Positions 12,741-24,939 of a stretch of 64,000 nucleotides of DNA are shown here, piece by piece; position 1 is the stretch's first letter, and the number at the start of each line of letters is the position of its first letter. Made by a program: the position numbers and the translations under genes. Source of the DNA: Phaeosaccion multiseriatum. Its lineage: Eukaryota > Protista > Ochrophyta, other classes. The notes beneath the pieces are model-generated. The model ran no database searches, was not told the origin of the DNA, and saw only the letters and a program-made list of their open reading frames with translations. The DNA lies in the NCBI GenBank assembly GCA_965112735.1, contig OZ218951.1, positions 5,022,001 to 5,086,000 of the forward strand, written 5' to 3'.

Positions 12741-15071
12741 TCAAGATAAGAGCTTACCCTCTCGCAAGTCGTCCCTGAGGGGCTTGAGGAACTGCATGAG
12801 AGGCGTGCCCCCCGTGCCCTTTCCCCCGGCGGCGTTGCCCGGGTGGTAGTCGTCCTTCTCCTCTTCCCTCCCTCTCCCTCTCCCTTTCCCACGCCCTCCT
12901 GAACCCCCCTTTCCCTTCACCTCCTCCTCCTCCTCCTCCTCCTCCTTGATGGTCTTCTTCTTCTCGCTCTCTTTGTTGGGCTTACCCTGCTGCTGCATAA
13001 TGTACTGCGTAACGATGGAGAGGTGCGCTGTGCGAAAGTCGTCCAAGGCCTGCAGACATTCGTTGTACGCTGCTCGAAGAGACACCCCACTCACACTCAC
13101 ACTAACCGGAGCAGCAGCACCAGCAGCAGCGCTCTCCTCCCACTGTCCCTGTCCCTGCCCCTCCTCCTTCTTCCCCTCCTTCGTCGGCCGCCCCTCCCCC
13201 TGCCCCTCCTCCAGCTCCTGCTCGAAAGACAGCACAAAGTCTCTAATCATAGACCCCCTCTCCTGGCCGGTCACAAGGCCTAGGAACCTCGCGTGATCTG
13301 GAGGCATATAGTCACGCATGGCCCTCAGAAAGCCGCTGCTCTGATGGCGACTGTGGTCGATGCCCAACGCGCCATCAAACGCCGGTACGAGAGAGCTCTG
13401 AGCAGCGCTTCCTCCAAAGAACATCATCCTTGTCCCGAGGGGGGAGAAGACCGCTGGGCTAGTGCTTGCTTCTGCTGCCGACCTATCCCCCACACCCCCC
13501 TCCTCCTCCTCCTCCTCCTCCTCCTCCTCCTCCTCCTCCTCCTCCTCCTCCTCCTCCTCCTCCACAACAAGAACCCCTTCGTACAGCACACCGTCGGGGA
13601 GGGTGGGGTTCTCCTTCCAGCCGGACAGGAAGGGCCGCACACGCTGGTAGAAGATGAATGGATGGCAGCTGACGGTCATGCGCAGCAGAGCGCGGCGCAT
13701 GCGGCGGATGGAGTAGGCGATGAAGAGGAGGCAGGCGTGCACCACTTCCGCCGCCTCTGCCACCATCGCCTTCGCCGCTTCTGCCTCCACCGCCGCTGCT
13801 CTTCTTCCCTGCTGCCCCGCCCCTCCTCCTCCTCGTCCTCCTCCTCGCGCTGCAGAGGCAGAGGCAGAGGCAGCCACTCTGAAGCCAAGTCCCTCCTCCT
13901 CGTCCTCCTCCTCCTCCCTCTTGCTCGCAGAGGCTTCATCCTCATCATCACCATCACCACCATCATCATCATCATCATCATCATCATCCCCACCAACACG
14001 AGCAGTCACGGCTCGACGTGTGCGAGCCGAAAGGATGGCCTCCTGCGCCTCCAGAATAACTGCCATGGAGGGACCGCCCACGGCCTCAATCTCCACTGTC
14101 AGGAGGTAGAACCAGGCCTCGTCCACGCCTCCGAGAAACTGGTACAACGTGGCCAGATTCTCCGTGGCAATTGGTCCTTCGGGGTCGAGCCGGCGCCAGT
14201 TGGAGAGCACAATGGACATGTGCGTGAGGATGGGAGGTATCTTCATCACCCTCGTCGCCAGTGTGTATAGTGGCACCGCCACACCCGGAGGGAGCGAGGC
14301 CTCGGGAAGTGGGGAGGAGTGGGCAGAGTGGCCCCACACGTAGGCATGGGCCAGCATGGATAAAAGAGCGAGGGCACGGCGCTGCTCAGACGTGGTGGGC
14401 AGCAGCGTCGCCGCCTCACGGGCTATCATCGCGTCAGTATCACCCCCATCACCACCACCACCCTGGCCTTGTTCGCCTGTCGTAAAATCTCCTCCTCCTC
14501 CTCCTCCTCCTCCTCCACCTCCACCTCCTCCTCCTGCTGCTGCTGCTCTGCTGCTGCTGCTGCTGCTGGGGAAGAGAATGGGCAGGCTCCGAAGGCGCCG
14601 TCTGATCTGACCGGACGCGATGAGGGCAGGCAAGTCCGCCACAAGCTCTTCCCAGGGGTCCAGGGCGGGATGAGAGAGCCGCAGCAGAGGGTCCTCGGCG
14701 GGCAGGAAGCCTCGCACAGGGTCTACAGACAAGTCGCGGAGCAGCCTCCGCGTTGATTCTCGCAGCGGGGGCGCTTTCATCGACGGCTCTTCTACCGCTA
14801 CTGCTGCTGTTGCTGATCCTGCTGTTTCTTTTTTTCCTCCTTCTGCTGATCCTGATGCTAAGGACGGCGCCATCTCTCTTGGGGCTCCATGGTGGATGGA
14901 CGAGGTGCTATCCATCCTGCCCTCATCCCAGCTCCTTCTCCTCCTCCTCCTCTGTCTCTGGTAGTAGCAGTAGTAGGATGCGACAGAGGTGGCTCCTAAG
15001 AGAAGCAGCAGTACTTCGTAGCGAGAGGGCTCACGCTTCCCTCCGCTTCTCCTCCCCGCCCATCTATACAT
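12741..15071 (-). CDS. IDO: Indoleamine 2,3-dioxygenase family heme enzyme with low-complexity insertions
   Basis: RGFLP..DPL, LAHAYVWG, PPILTH...NW, GGVDEAWFYLLTVEIE, FYQRVRPFLSGW, GGSAAQSSL, MRDYMPPDH, FRTAHLSIVTQYI and GTGGTPLMQFLK are the canonical IDO motifs. The ORF is uninterrupted. Confidence 0.95.
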   Translation of the reverse strand: MYRWAGRRSGGKREPSRYEVLLLLLGATSVASYYCYYQRQRRRRRRSWDEGRMDSTSSIHHGAPREMAPSLASGSAEGGKKETAGSATAAVAVEEPSMKAPPLRESTRRLLRDLSVDPVRGFLPAEDPLLRLSHPALDPWEELVADLPALIASGQIRRRLRSLPILFPSSSSSSRAAAAGGGGGGGGGGGGGGGDFTTGEQGQGGGGDGGDTDAMIAREAATLLPTTSEQRRALALLSMLAHAYVWGHSAHSSPLPEASLPPGVAVPLYTLATRVMKIPPILTHMSIVLSNWRRLDPEGPIATENLATLYQFLGGVDEAWFYLLTVEIEAVGGPSMAVILEAQEAILSARTRRAVTARVGGDDDDDDDDDGGDGDDEDEASASKREEEEDEEEGLGFRVAASASASAARGGGRGGGGAGQQGRRAAAVEAEAAKAMVAEAAEVVHACLLFIAYSIRRMRRALLRMTVSCHPFIFYQRVRPFLSGWKENPTLPDGVLYEGVLVVEEEEEEEEEEEEEEEEEEEEEGGVGDRSAAEASTSPAVFSPLGTRMMFFGGSAAQSSLVPAFDGALGIDHSRHQSSGFLRAMRDYMPPDHARFLGLVTGQERGSMIRDFVLSFEQELEEGQGEGRPTKEGKKEEGQGQGQWEESAAAGAAAPVSVSVSGVSLRAAYNECLQALDDFRTAHLSIVTQYIMQQQGKPNKESEKKKTIKEEEEEEEEVKGKGGSGGRGKGRGRGREEEKDDYHPGNAAGGKGTGGTPLMQFLKPLRDDLREGKLLS

Positions 15072-15605
15072 CTTCCCTCACGGACGGGGTATCGACTGAA
15101 GCACACAGACTTCCACCTTCGTTAACAAAGAAAATGCATGTGGAAACAAGGAAGAAGGGGATGAGGACGGAGGCGGGTGAGGTTGCGAGAGAGAAGGGCG
15201 TACCTAATTGCTTAAGGCCCTCTGCATGGTACCGTCGCCCGTTGAGCTAGGCAAAAAGAGGGAGGTGCGGTAGAGCATCAGCACAGAGAATTTTCTTGAC
15301 TGGAAAGTATACAGGGCGAAAAGAGAGGGAAGGAAGAGGGAGGGAGAGGAAGGGAAGGGGGAGGGAGGAGGGAGAGGGGGGGGGATCCATAAGTCAATGG
15401 GGAAAAAATTAGAACCTTTTCCTGTCCGTGGTACCTCCGCCTTTCCCCCTCCACCAAGAGGATCAACGCTGCCTCATGCTCGGTGAGGCTAGGGGGATTG
15501 GACATCCTGCAAGGGGCGGGCATTGAGGTGAGGTACCCAGCTTGCCCTACGGGGAGGTGTTATAGGGAAAGCGTGTGCTGGCCTCGCTCTCTTGTCGCCC
15601 GCTGA

Positions 15606-17027
15606 CGCTCCCTCTCCTTTTCGCTTCCCACAACAACAAAAAATCTGGCTGTGTGTGACCAGGTGATTAGAGATGAGGGATTCGGTGCCGGCCTTTGCTC
15701 TCGCCATAGGACAGTCGATGTTGGCGACATCGAGGGGGCAGCATTTCAGAGAAGCCATGACCAAAGATGGCGCACATTCACGAATGTTGGGCTCCTCCTC
15801 CCATCTTCGGCACCGACGAGCGGCCCTGTCTACCGGAGCCTGCTTGTGGTCACTCTAGCGGCGGCATTCAAGGGGGGTGGCCGCAGCCGCAAGAGTGATC
15901 GAGAGGGGCAACAGCAAAGGTTCGCATGGCTGATCAGCGGTTCGGCTCAACCCCCACCAATGCTCATGGTGGGGGGGGATGTGCTAGTGTTGGCTGCGGG
16001 GGCTGAACAACCGGCTGCTCATGCTGCTGCTGTCCGGTCGCTCCCTCTCCGGAACCCGGCTGGCTCACGCGTGGTGGCTGGCTATCAACCCTTCTATAGG
16101 AATGCGAACGGCCAGCTGCAGCCTTGGGGTCAGCGTCTCAGATCTGGCATGCCATTCTCCTCTTCGTTGGTGGAGCAGGGGGCGGGTCTCCACCCACCCC
16201 TGCAGGTGGCTGTGAATGAGGAGCAAAGAATGGAGAGGAAGCGGAGAGCGCTGGAAGGTCGGGAGAAGCAGAAGCAAGTGATCCGCAGGCAGGAGCAGGT
16301 GAAGATACGCACATCTTCACCTGCTCCTGCCTGCGGATCAGTTGCTTCTGCTTCTCCTGAGGGACCTTCCAGCTTTCTCCGCTTCCTCTCCATTCTTTGC
16401 TCCTCATTCACAGCCACCTGCAGGGGTGGGTGGAGACCCGCCCCCTGCTCCACCAACAAAGAGGAGAATGGTATGCCAGATCTGAAACGCTGACCCCAAG
16501 GCTGCAGCTGGCCGTTCGCATTCCTATAGAAGGGTTGGAAGCCAGCCACCACGCACGAGCCAGCCGGGTTCCGGAGAGGGAGCGACCGGGCAGCAGCAGC
16601 AGCACGAGCAGCCGGTTGTTCAGCTCCCGCAGTCAACACCAGCACATCCCCCCCCACCATGAGCATTGGTGGGGGTTGAGCCGAACCGCTGCTCAGCCAT
16701 GCGAACCTTTGCTGTTGCCCCTCTCGATCACTCTTGCGGCTGCGGCCACCCCCCTTGAATGCCGCCGCTAGAGTGACCACAAGCAGGCTCCGGTAGACAG
16801 GGCCGCTCGTCGGTGCCGAAGAGGGGAGGAGCAGCCCAACATTCGTGAATGTTCGCCACCTTTGGTCATGGCTTCTCTGAAATGCTGCCCCCTTGATGTC
16901 GCCAACATCGACTGTCCTATGGCGAGAGCAAAGGCCGGCACCGAATCCCTCATCTCTAATCACCTGGTCACACACAGCCAGATTTCTTGCTGTTGTGGGA
17001 AGCGAAAAGGAAGGAGATGAGGGAGCG
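15606..17027. repeat. Long inverted repeat (fold-back): arms ~15606-16306 and ~16313-17027, loop ACGCAC at 16307-16312
   Basis: Manual alignment of the left arm with the reverse complement of the right arm gives about 24 substitutions and 2 short indels over ~690 nt. The mirror ORFs 15651+ and 17119- encode nearly the same peptide. Confidence 0.95.
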
Positions 17028-17484
17028 CGCGGCGAAGAGAAGGAAGAGAGAGGGAGCGGAGAGGAAGCGCAGCCAAGCAGCCTTCCGCAAGGGCTCGAAA
17101 CAGACTGAGGAGCAGACAAAGGAGAAGAGGCGTCGGATCGTGGGTAATCTGCCGGAGGGAGACTGGACGGTGGAGGTGGACCCGAGAGAAGTGAAGAAGG
17201 TGCTGCGGCTCCTCTCGGGAGACGCGGCGTACATGGGTCAAGAGGAGGCCGTGGAAACCGAGGTGAACGAGCTCCTTGCTTCCACTGTGCAGGAGGGGCT
17301 GCCTTTCGTGACCGTCTTGGGTTCTGACCCAGCAGACCGGCCCCCAGGACGGCTCCGGGAGAGAGATCACCGAGAGTTTGCTGCCAAGCTCTACTCCTTC
17401 CTTACGGGGAGTCGCTATGACCGATGCCGCAGCAGACTGAAGGGAGTGGATGCAGAATCAGCGATGCTGCTGGTGGCGGGGTGA
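17017..17484 (+). CDS. Hypothetical ORF or gene relic at the outer edge of the inverted repeat
   Basis: Protein-like composition: basic NLS-like N-terminus, then GNLPEGDWTVEVDPREVKKVLRLLSG...EFAAKLYSFLTG. No family recognised. Confidence 0.35.
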   Translation: MRERAAKRRKREGAERKRSQAAFRKGSKQTEEQTKEKRRRIVGNLPEGDWTVEVDPREVKKVLRLLSGDAAYMGQEEAVETEVNELLASTVQEGLPFVTVLGSDPADRPPGRLRERDHREFAAKLYSFLTGSRYDRCRSRLKGVDAESAMLLVAG

Positions 17485-18013
17485 TAGGCTCTGCGGGCGC
17501 CTTCCCTCCCGCCGCTCTTCCCCACTCCATCCCTCCCTCCCTCTGTCCTCCAGCAGGAGCACACCCCGGCAGGGCAGAGCGATGCAAGCAGTTACGAGGT
17601 GTTGAAAGTCAGTCGTCAGTCGTATGTGTGCAGTTGGCCCAGGCCTAGGCAACACAACACCAACAGAGGATACTGGTGCTTTAATGGGGTGGGAGGCGGG
17701 AAGTGGGAGCGCAGGTGGGGAGGTTCGTGAGACTGGTACCTTCGGCAGAGAGAATTTGCTCCTCCTGTTGCTCGGTATGGCTGTCTTGGCTGGTCGTGGG
17801 AGTGAGTGATGTGAGGGAGGAGAGGATGGCGATGGTGGTAGGGGGGGGGAGGAGGGAAGTGACATGACGAGGATTGCTAATGTTTTTGTGGTGGTCATTT
17901 CAAGCCCAACACTCTTCTTCTGCGCCTGCCTGCCCTATGCCTAACCGCCGACAAGGGGTACTAATAAGGAAAGGGGCCGACCAAGGTTGGTTACTGTCAC
18001 CAGGCACCAGTCA

Positions 18014-19478
18014 TCAGAGCAAGATATCTTCTCCGTCCTCCCCCTCCCACCACCCCATCTTTCTCGCTGCAGCGAGCGCTGCTCTAGAGCTGCGCAGAGC
18101 CGCCTCAAGCGTGGCCCTCGTCACCCTTTGTTCGTCCCGTCCTCCTCCTCCTCCTCCTCCTCCTCCTCCTCCTCCTCCTCCTCCTCCTCCTCCTCCTCCT
18201 CCTCCTCCTCCTCCTCCTCCTCCTCCTCCTCCTCCTCCTCCTCCTCCTCCTCCTCCTCCTCCCCGTGCATGGGCTTGATCTCTCAGGGTGGTTCGGCCTG
18301 CGTTGCCTCTCTCCCTCGACCCCAGTGCCAGCTTCAGCTTCTCCTTCTTCGTGATACGCTCCTTGCCCTTGCCGGTGGCAGTCGTGGTGGTGGTGGTGGT
18401 GGTGGTGGTTGCCGGCTCGTAGGAAGGCGCGGCGGCGGTGGGTGGAGAGCTCCTCTCAGGAGGCAGCGCCCACGACAGCCTCGAGACTCCCCCCCTCCCA
18501 AGAGAAGAAGGAGGATTCCCGGCAGCAGCAGAAGGGGGAGACTTAGTTCGCCCCACGCCAAGACTGTCGTGGCTGTAGCTCAGCCTCCGCTGCGGCTTGT
18601 GGCGTGCGGCGGCGGTGCCGATCGTCGCTGTACTCGTGGTGGTAGCTGTACTAGTGGTGGTAGTGGTGGTAGCTGTCTGCCGCGTGCCCCCAGACGGTGT
18701 CCGATAGATAACGTGGTCGCTTGTACCTCGCTCCCCCGTCGTACTACGAAGTAGCCATCCTCCACCACGTCCTCCTCCCTCTGCTGATGCTGCCCTGGAC
18801 CCATGCAGCGTGTCCCCGCTGCTATAGTACTCCGACGGCGTCACACCAAGAGGGGCTGGCGCGAGCGGAACTCTCCAAGGATACGCCTGTTGACAGAGCG
18901 ATGTTGCCACTGCTGCTGCTGCTGCTGCTGCTGCTGTTTCTCCTTCCACCGCTACGTCCCCTGCTGCCTCCCCCTCAGTATGAGAGCGTAACCGTCCTCT
19001 CGTGCGGAGCGAGTCCACGCCTGGCCCTGACCCAAGCACCGCTGTGGGTGGAGCTTCTGTCGCCGCTCTGAGCGGCTCTGTGTCCCTCTCTCGATACCCC
19101 TCGATGGAAACACCGTCCTCGCCATCCCTCGCCTTGCGGCTCTGAGGCAGCGCCCGTCTGCGGGAAGAGAAGGATCCCCCCTCCCGCCGCTCTTGACCAC
19201 TCGCCTCATCATGCGCATGAAGAAGGAGGGGGTCGGGTTGTAGCTGCCTCTCCTTGTGCGTCCCTCCTTCGCTCTCCTCCTTCTTCCTTCTCACCACCAC
19301 AACCGCCCTTTCCGACTTCGTTCGCTCTTGCTTTCGGTCCGCCCCTCTACGGTTCTGCTGCTTGTGCTGAGGCTGCTGAAATGGGATGCGCTGCTGGTTC
19401 TCCTCCTTCTTCTTTTCTTCCTCCTCCCGCAGCAGGAGCTGGCGCTGCTGTTGCTGCTGATGTTGGTGTTGGTGTTGG

Positions 19479-19545
<67 letters not shown>

Positions 19546-20230
19546 CTCCTCTCCCCCACGCCTCCTCCGTCTCTGCCCGCTTGGCATCAACATGGCGCTC
19601 CCCAATCAAGCAAAGATGCTCATCTCCGGCTACGGTGGGCGACAAGCAACGGGCATGGCACTTCTGTTGGCTACCAACGCTCGCCTGGCCCTGGTGGGAA
19701 GGAAACAACGGCCCCTTGTCGCCCCCCTCTTGCTTCTCCTCCTCCTTCTTTCCCCTTGTTGTTGCCAAGCCGGGCACACTGCCACTGCTGTGGGTGTGAG
19801 GCGGGTGGTGCGCAGCTGCAGCACCGAATGATAATGATGATGATGGTGATGGTGATGATGATGATGATGATGGTGATGATGGTGATGGTGATGATGATGA
19901 CGATCGCGAAAGCGACTTCTTTGACTGCACGGAAGCACCAGTGGCACTGACACGAGTTCTCTCCCCACCTCCACCCCCCCCCACCTCTCCAGTCTCGGAC
20001 GCACTAAAACTGCGCCTCGTTCCCTTTGGAGGAGCAGCAAGGTCGGCCGCCCACCCTCCACCGCCGGCAAGAGGAACACGCTTTTCTTCTTCCTCTCCTT
20101 CCCCTGCACCACCAATCCCACCCAGTCTGATGAGGTTTCCGGCCGGTGACGAACCGCGACCACCACCACCACCACCACCACCACCACCACCACGACCACC
20201 ACCATCATCATCATCATCATCATCATCATT

Positions 20231-20290
<60 letters not shown>

Positions 20291-22502
20291 TTCGTCATCC
20301 TCGTCATCGTCATCACCATCGTCATCATCCTGATCATCAACATCAACAACAACATCATCCGACGGCGGCTGCTCACGACGCCTCACATCCCAAAGTGGCA
20401 TACCTTCTCCTCCTCCGGCTCCTCCTCCTACCGCTGCTCCTTCCTCGCCGCTGTCCTCCTCTCCCCAGTCCCCCCACTCGGCCTGTCCGTCCTCAATGAC
20501 GCTATCCCACGCGTCTAAACTCTCCAACGCAGGCCACAGCACCGCTTCGCGACGCACGCGAAGATCAATATCATCCGCGTCGTCATCACTACCATCACCT
20601 CCCTCTCCCTCTTTCTCCTCCTTCTTCCTCCTCCTCTTCTCCTTCCCTCCCTCCTCCTTCGCTCCCTCTCCCTCTCTCTCCTCCTCGTCGTCGTCTGCCT
20701 CACCCTCTCCTCCTTCACATCCCCTGCTGATGACGCCTTCGTCGCGCAGTACCACCACCTTATCAACATCACCCCATCTGGCCAGCCTGGCCAGCCTTGC
20801 CTGTTTCACTGGCGGGGGCGCCGCATCGGACACGTTCACAAGCCCCCGCACGCCCCGTGCGTACACCTGGTCCAGGCCCACGAGACCATCATCATCACCA
20901 TCCACTGCCATCCCTCCTTCTCCTCCTCCTCCTCCTCGTCGTCGTCGTCGTCGTGCTCGCTCTCCTTCTCCACCACTATTACCGCGATGAAGATGATGAA
21001 GATGATGAGAAAGGCCGTGAGGTTGCACAAGGGTCGGCGAGGAGTGCCACAGAGTGCCAGAGGGGGGCCACTCCGAGAGCGGCGAGGGCGAGAAGCAGCA
21101 CCTCTCCAGTTCCTCCTGTCGCACAATGTAGGGGGGCTCCTCCACCGCGCGGAACGCTCTGCGCAAGGAATGTTCTTGTACGGCCGTCGCCTGCGGACAG
21201 CGCTGTCTCGTCATGATGAAGGGGGCACTCGCCCGCCTCTGAGCCACCCCTGCCGTGGATTCCCATCTACTACTACTGCTACTACCACACAAGCCGGCTT
21301 CTCCCGATGAAGTAGTACCACCAGCAGCATCAGTTGGTGATACAGCAGGGCCTCCTTCGTCCCCCTCTGCGCGGGACACCCTACCACCCCCTGTAACCGT
21401 CTCGTTGTGCCCCGCCCGGCCGGCAGACGACAAGGAGGAGGAGGAAGAGCGAGAGATGGCAGTCGACGGGGAGGAGAAGGCGAGCTTCAAGCTGCTGACG
21501 GTGTGCATCATGAGCCGCTCTCTCACATCCCGACAGGCCGCGGCGGGGATGAGCGGTAAGGGCGCGTTGTTGCTCGTAATGGCTCTCCACAGCGCCAAGC
21601 CACTCCTGTACCGCCCCCACCCGCCCCGAAACACTCTCCGCTCCACGCGCACCGCCTCTGCGCCGTTGCCGTCGCCACCCTCTTCCCCCTTCTCCCCGTC
21701 CTGCTCCTCCTGCTCCTCCTGCTCCTCCTCCTCCTCTTCCTGCCCCCCCTGCTCCTCCTCCTCTTCCTCCTCGTCTTCCTCATCCCGTCCCTGGTGCATC
21801 AATCCCGAGGGGGGAAACACAGGACCCCCCTCATATACGGACACCTTCGCAGTCGTCGTATCCTCCATCGCCGCCGGAACGGGCAGGGGCACCCCCTCCA
21901 TAACGGTCGCATACACGTCGGCCGTCGTGGGGTGTAATAGAGCAGGCGGGTGCACCTCAGGGACGTTGATCAGCGGTCGCTGGGGAAGGAGAGCCTCGAG
22001 GCTCAATGAAGGACCTCCCATTTGAGAGCGGAGCTTTTGTTGCATGTGCTCTACCTGCTCGCGACTCATGGACCAGCGCTCAAGGTCCTATATGTCGATG
22101 TGTCCGTGCCGGGTCCGGTCAAAGGGGGCAGGGGGGTAAAGTTGAAGTTGAAGGGGCACATAGGAGGGCAAAGGGGGGGGGGGTAGGGGATCAAAGGGTG
22201 CACGTCAGGCCCGTGGGGGAGTGGCGGGGAGCAGGATGGGGTGGAGCACAGCGGGGTGGGTCGAAAGTGACAGGCTTCAGGCGTAAGAAGGAGGGAGGAG
22301 AGGACTACTTTCTCACTGCCTCCCCCAACACCACTATATATATATACATATATACATGTATAATATATATACATCCCCCTCTGTCTCTCTCTTCCTCGCT
22401 TCTCTGCCACCCCTTTCCTCCTCTTCCCTCGGCTCCACTGCGCGATGAAGACCAGCCACCAGCCCACTCGCTCAGAACCGCACGAGCGACAATAACAACA
22501 GC

Positions 22503-22591
<89 letters not shown>

Positions 22592-23947
22592 TCACAACTA
22601 CAACTACAAAAGATAAGCACGCAATAAACGCAAAGTCCTCAAGTTGCCTTCTTGCCTCCCCTCCCCTCCCCGCGCTCCCCAGGCCTGCTTTACTGACTTA
22701 CTGACTCACCTCTTGCGTCGGCAGGGCTGCGGCTACGCTGGAGCCGAGAAGGCAAGGCGTGATGACCTGCGGTATGAGCGGGCGGGAAGGGGGCGAGGGC
22801 GGCGCGGTAGGCATGTGACTCCCCCTCTCCATCCTCCTCCTTGTTCTCCTCCTCTTTCTCGTACTGTGCCGCTGGAGCCGCTCCATATGGTACTCGCCAT
22901 CATCCGAAGACGACGAAGAGTACGCCAGGGAGGACGGGGAGGAGGAGGAGGAGGAGGAGGAGGAGGAGGAGGAGGAGGAGGAAGAAGACGAAGAACAAGA
23001 CGACGGAGACAGTGGCGGCGGGAGTAGAGGTGGCACAGCGGGAGAGAGCGCCCCCCACGGCGTAGACGAGACCGAAGATGGCGGCGGCTGCAGGCAGATG
23101 AACGGGTAAGGGTGGGCGAGAATCTCCAGGATGGCGTCAGGAGGGACAAGCCGCGGAGGCGGGCAGCACGCAGCACGCCAAACCACGCGGCCCGTGGGTG
23201 GCTTGGGTGCGGGTGGAGACAACGACGACGAAGCTGCTGCCGGATTACCAACTGCTGCTGCTTCTCTCCTCGCCCTCCTCGCCAAGGCCGAGCCTGATGA
23301 CGATTTGTCCGACGGCGCCTCGGTGGAGGGCAGGAGGGCTGGCCGCACCCGTCGAGGCGCGGGGTAGGAGTGGACTCGAGGACACTTGGGGGGGGTGGGG
23401 CCTCTGGTAGGGGGAAGAGAGGGGGAAGGGGGGCAGGGGATGAGGGGAGGTCAGGAGATTCCTGAGAGAGAAGTGGAGACTGTGGGCAAGCATAAGGAAG
23501 GAGGAGGACATAGGAGAAGGAAAGGTACGGAACGGGTGGGTATCAAGAAAGATGGGGGCAGGTTCACGGCGTGAATTCCGGCACACTGTGCTGCTGCTAC
23601 TCTACTGCTCCTCCTCCTCACCTCACGTCCAAGAATACCTCTCGGTAGACTCCCGTAGTGCTGTACGCATGCCTCACTACAGGAGCAGCAGTCGCAGCAG
23701 CAGCAGGAGAGTTATTCCCAACCACGACCACTTCTCCTTCATCGTCTCTCTCTGGACCTGCGGGGGGCTCTCCCGCGCTCTTGCGACTGCCGCTCGTGCT
23801 CAAACTTCTACTCCTGCCGTGTCCAGGCTCATCCTCTCGCCGCCTCCGCCGTCGGCGCCGTAGCCGCTGCTGCTGCTGCTGTGGCTTTTGCACATGTATC
23901 TTCTTCACCAGACCTCCTCTTCCTGCGGAGGAGGCAGCAGCAGTCAT
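18014..23947 (-). CDS. Large hypothetical low-complexity protein (multi-exon; main exon >4 kb)
   Basis: 1351-codon open frame (18014-22069) with islands of ordinary sequence between poly-G/D/Q/E runs. Upstream open segments at 22698-23348 and 23618-23947 end in GT donors. Gene ends are uncertain. Confidence 0.55.
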
Positions 23948-24939
23948 CCCCCAGCACTCGGGCTAGCATTTGGTCTCCCCTACCCCACCCGTTACTTCGA
24001 TTTGATTTCAGTGAGCGTGCTCGTTAATCACCGTTCCAGCACGCGCTTCTCGCTGGCCCCTCCGTCAAGATGATTATTGACTGCGTATCCAAGAGGGAAC
24101 CGACGCAGGACTGAAGGTAACAGTCCCTGAAGGGAGAAAGAGAGGAGACCCCAAGGCGGCCCTTCTGTTCAACCATTGACTTATGGTATGGACTGACTTA
24201 CATATGCCTGCAGCATATATGGAAGGCATCATACGAGGAGGCCTCTCTCTAGGGATGTATGCATGTATGCAAGTATGCAACTACTCCATTGGAGGTCGGG
24301 CCCTCATGTCTCGTGTTCCCCACAGTTGGTTGTTCCCCCCCCCTCCCTTTTCTTCTCTCTTCCGCGACTCTAACGTTCAAAAAGCCTTGGTCATCGATGG
24401 TCAGGTGCTGAAGCGTTGGTCGGCGGGTCAAGTGGAGTGGAGAAGCCTCTCGGGCGGTTGGGCGGGCGCCACGACATGCCCTCCCTCAGCAGCCTGTGGG
24501 AATTGGGCATGGGATTGGGTATACAGCTGCCTGGCCAGTCCAGCACTATCCCTGCCCGCTGCTGCTGCTGCTGCTGCTCCTCCTGCTGCTCATGCTGTTG
24601 CAGCAGCTGCTGCTACTACTGCTGCTACTACCAAAGGATGGCACCATCCTCGAAGCCCACGCGAGAATGCAAAAAGTGCTCTGCTTTGGGTACGCCATGG
24701 AGCGCGCCCTGTCGAGAAGCAACACAGCAACACCAACAGGCTCCACATTTTGGCCGCCCATGTTGATGGGTAGCATAGCAACGGCTGCCGTGACTTTTCC
24801 TTCCGATGCCGCAGGGGTGGCAGTGGTTGTGGTCGTGGTCGTGGTGGGTAGTAAGATGAAGGCATGAGTAATTCAGCACCCCCGCCAGCCAAATCCCACC
24901 CAACAATTTGGCCGGGACAGGGCACAGACAACAGAAGCT

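Noticed and set aside
15606-17027. Inverted repeat as a pure assembly artefact or as transposon TIRs
   Set aside because: The arms differ mainly by substitutions rather than being identical, and there is no internal transposase or clear TSD. An artefact cannot be fully excluded without reads.
24183-24867. Overlapping ORFs between the large hypothetical gene and the JTB-like gene
   Set aside because: No recognisable domain or consistent splice structure; probably UTR or intergenic DNA.
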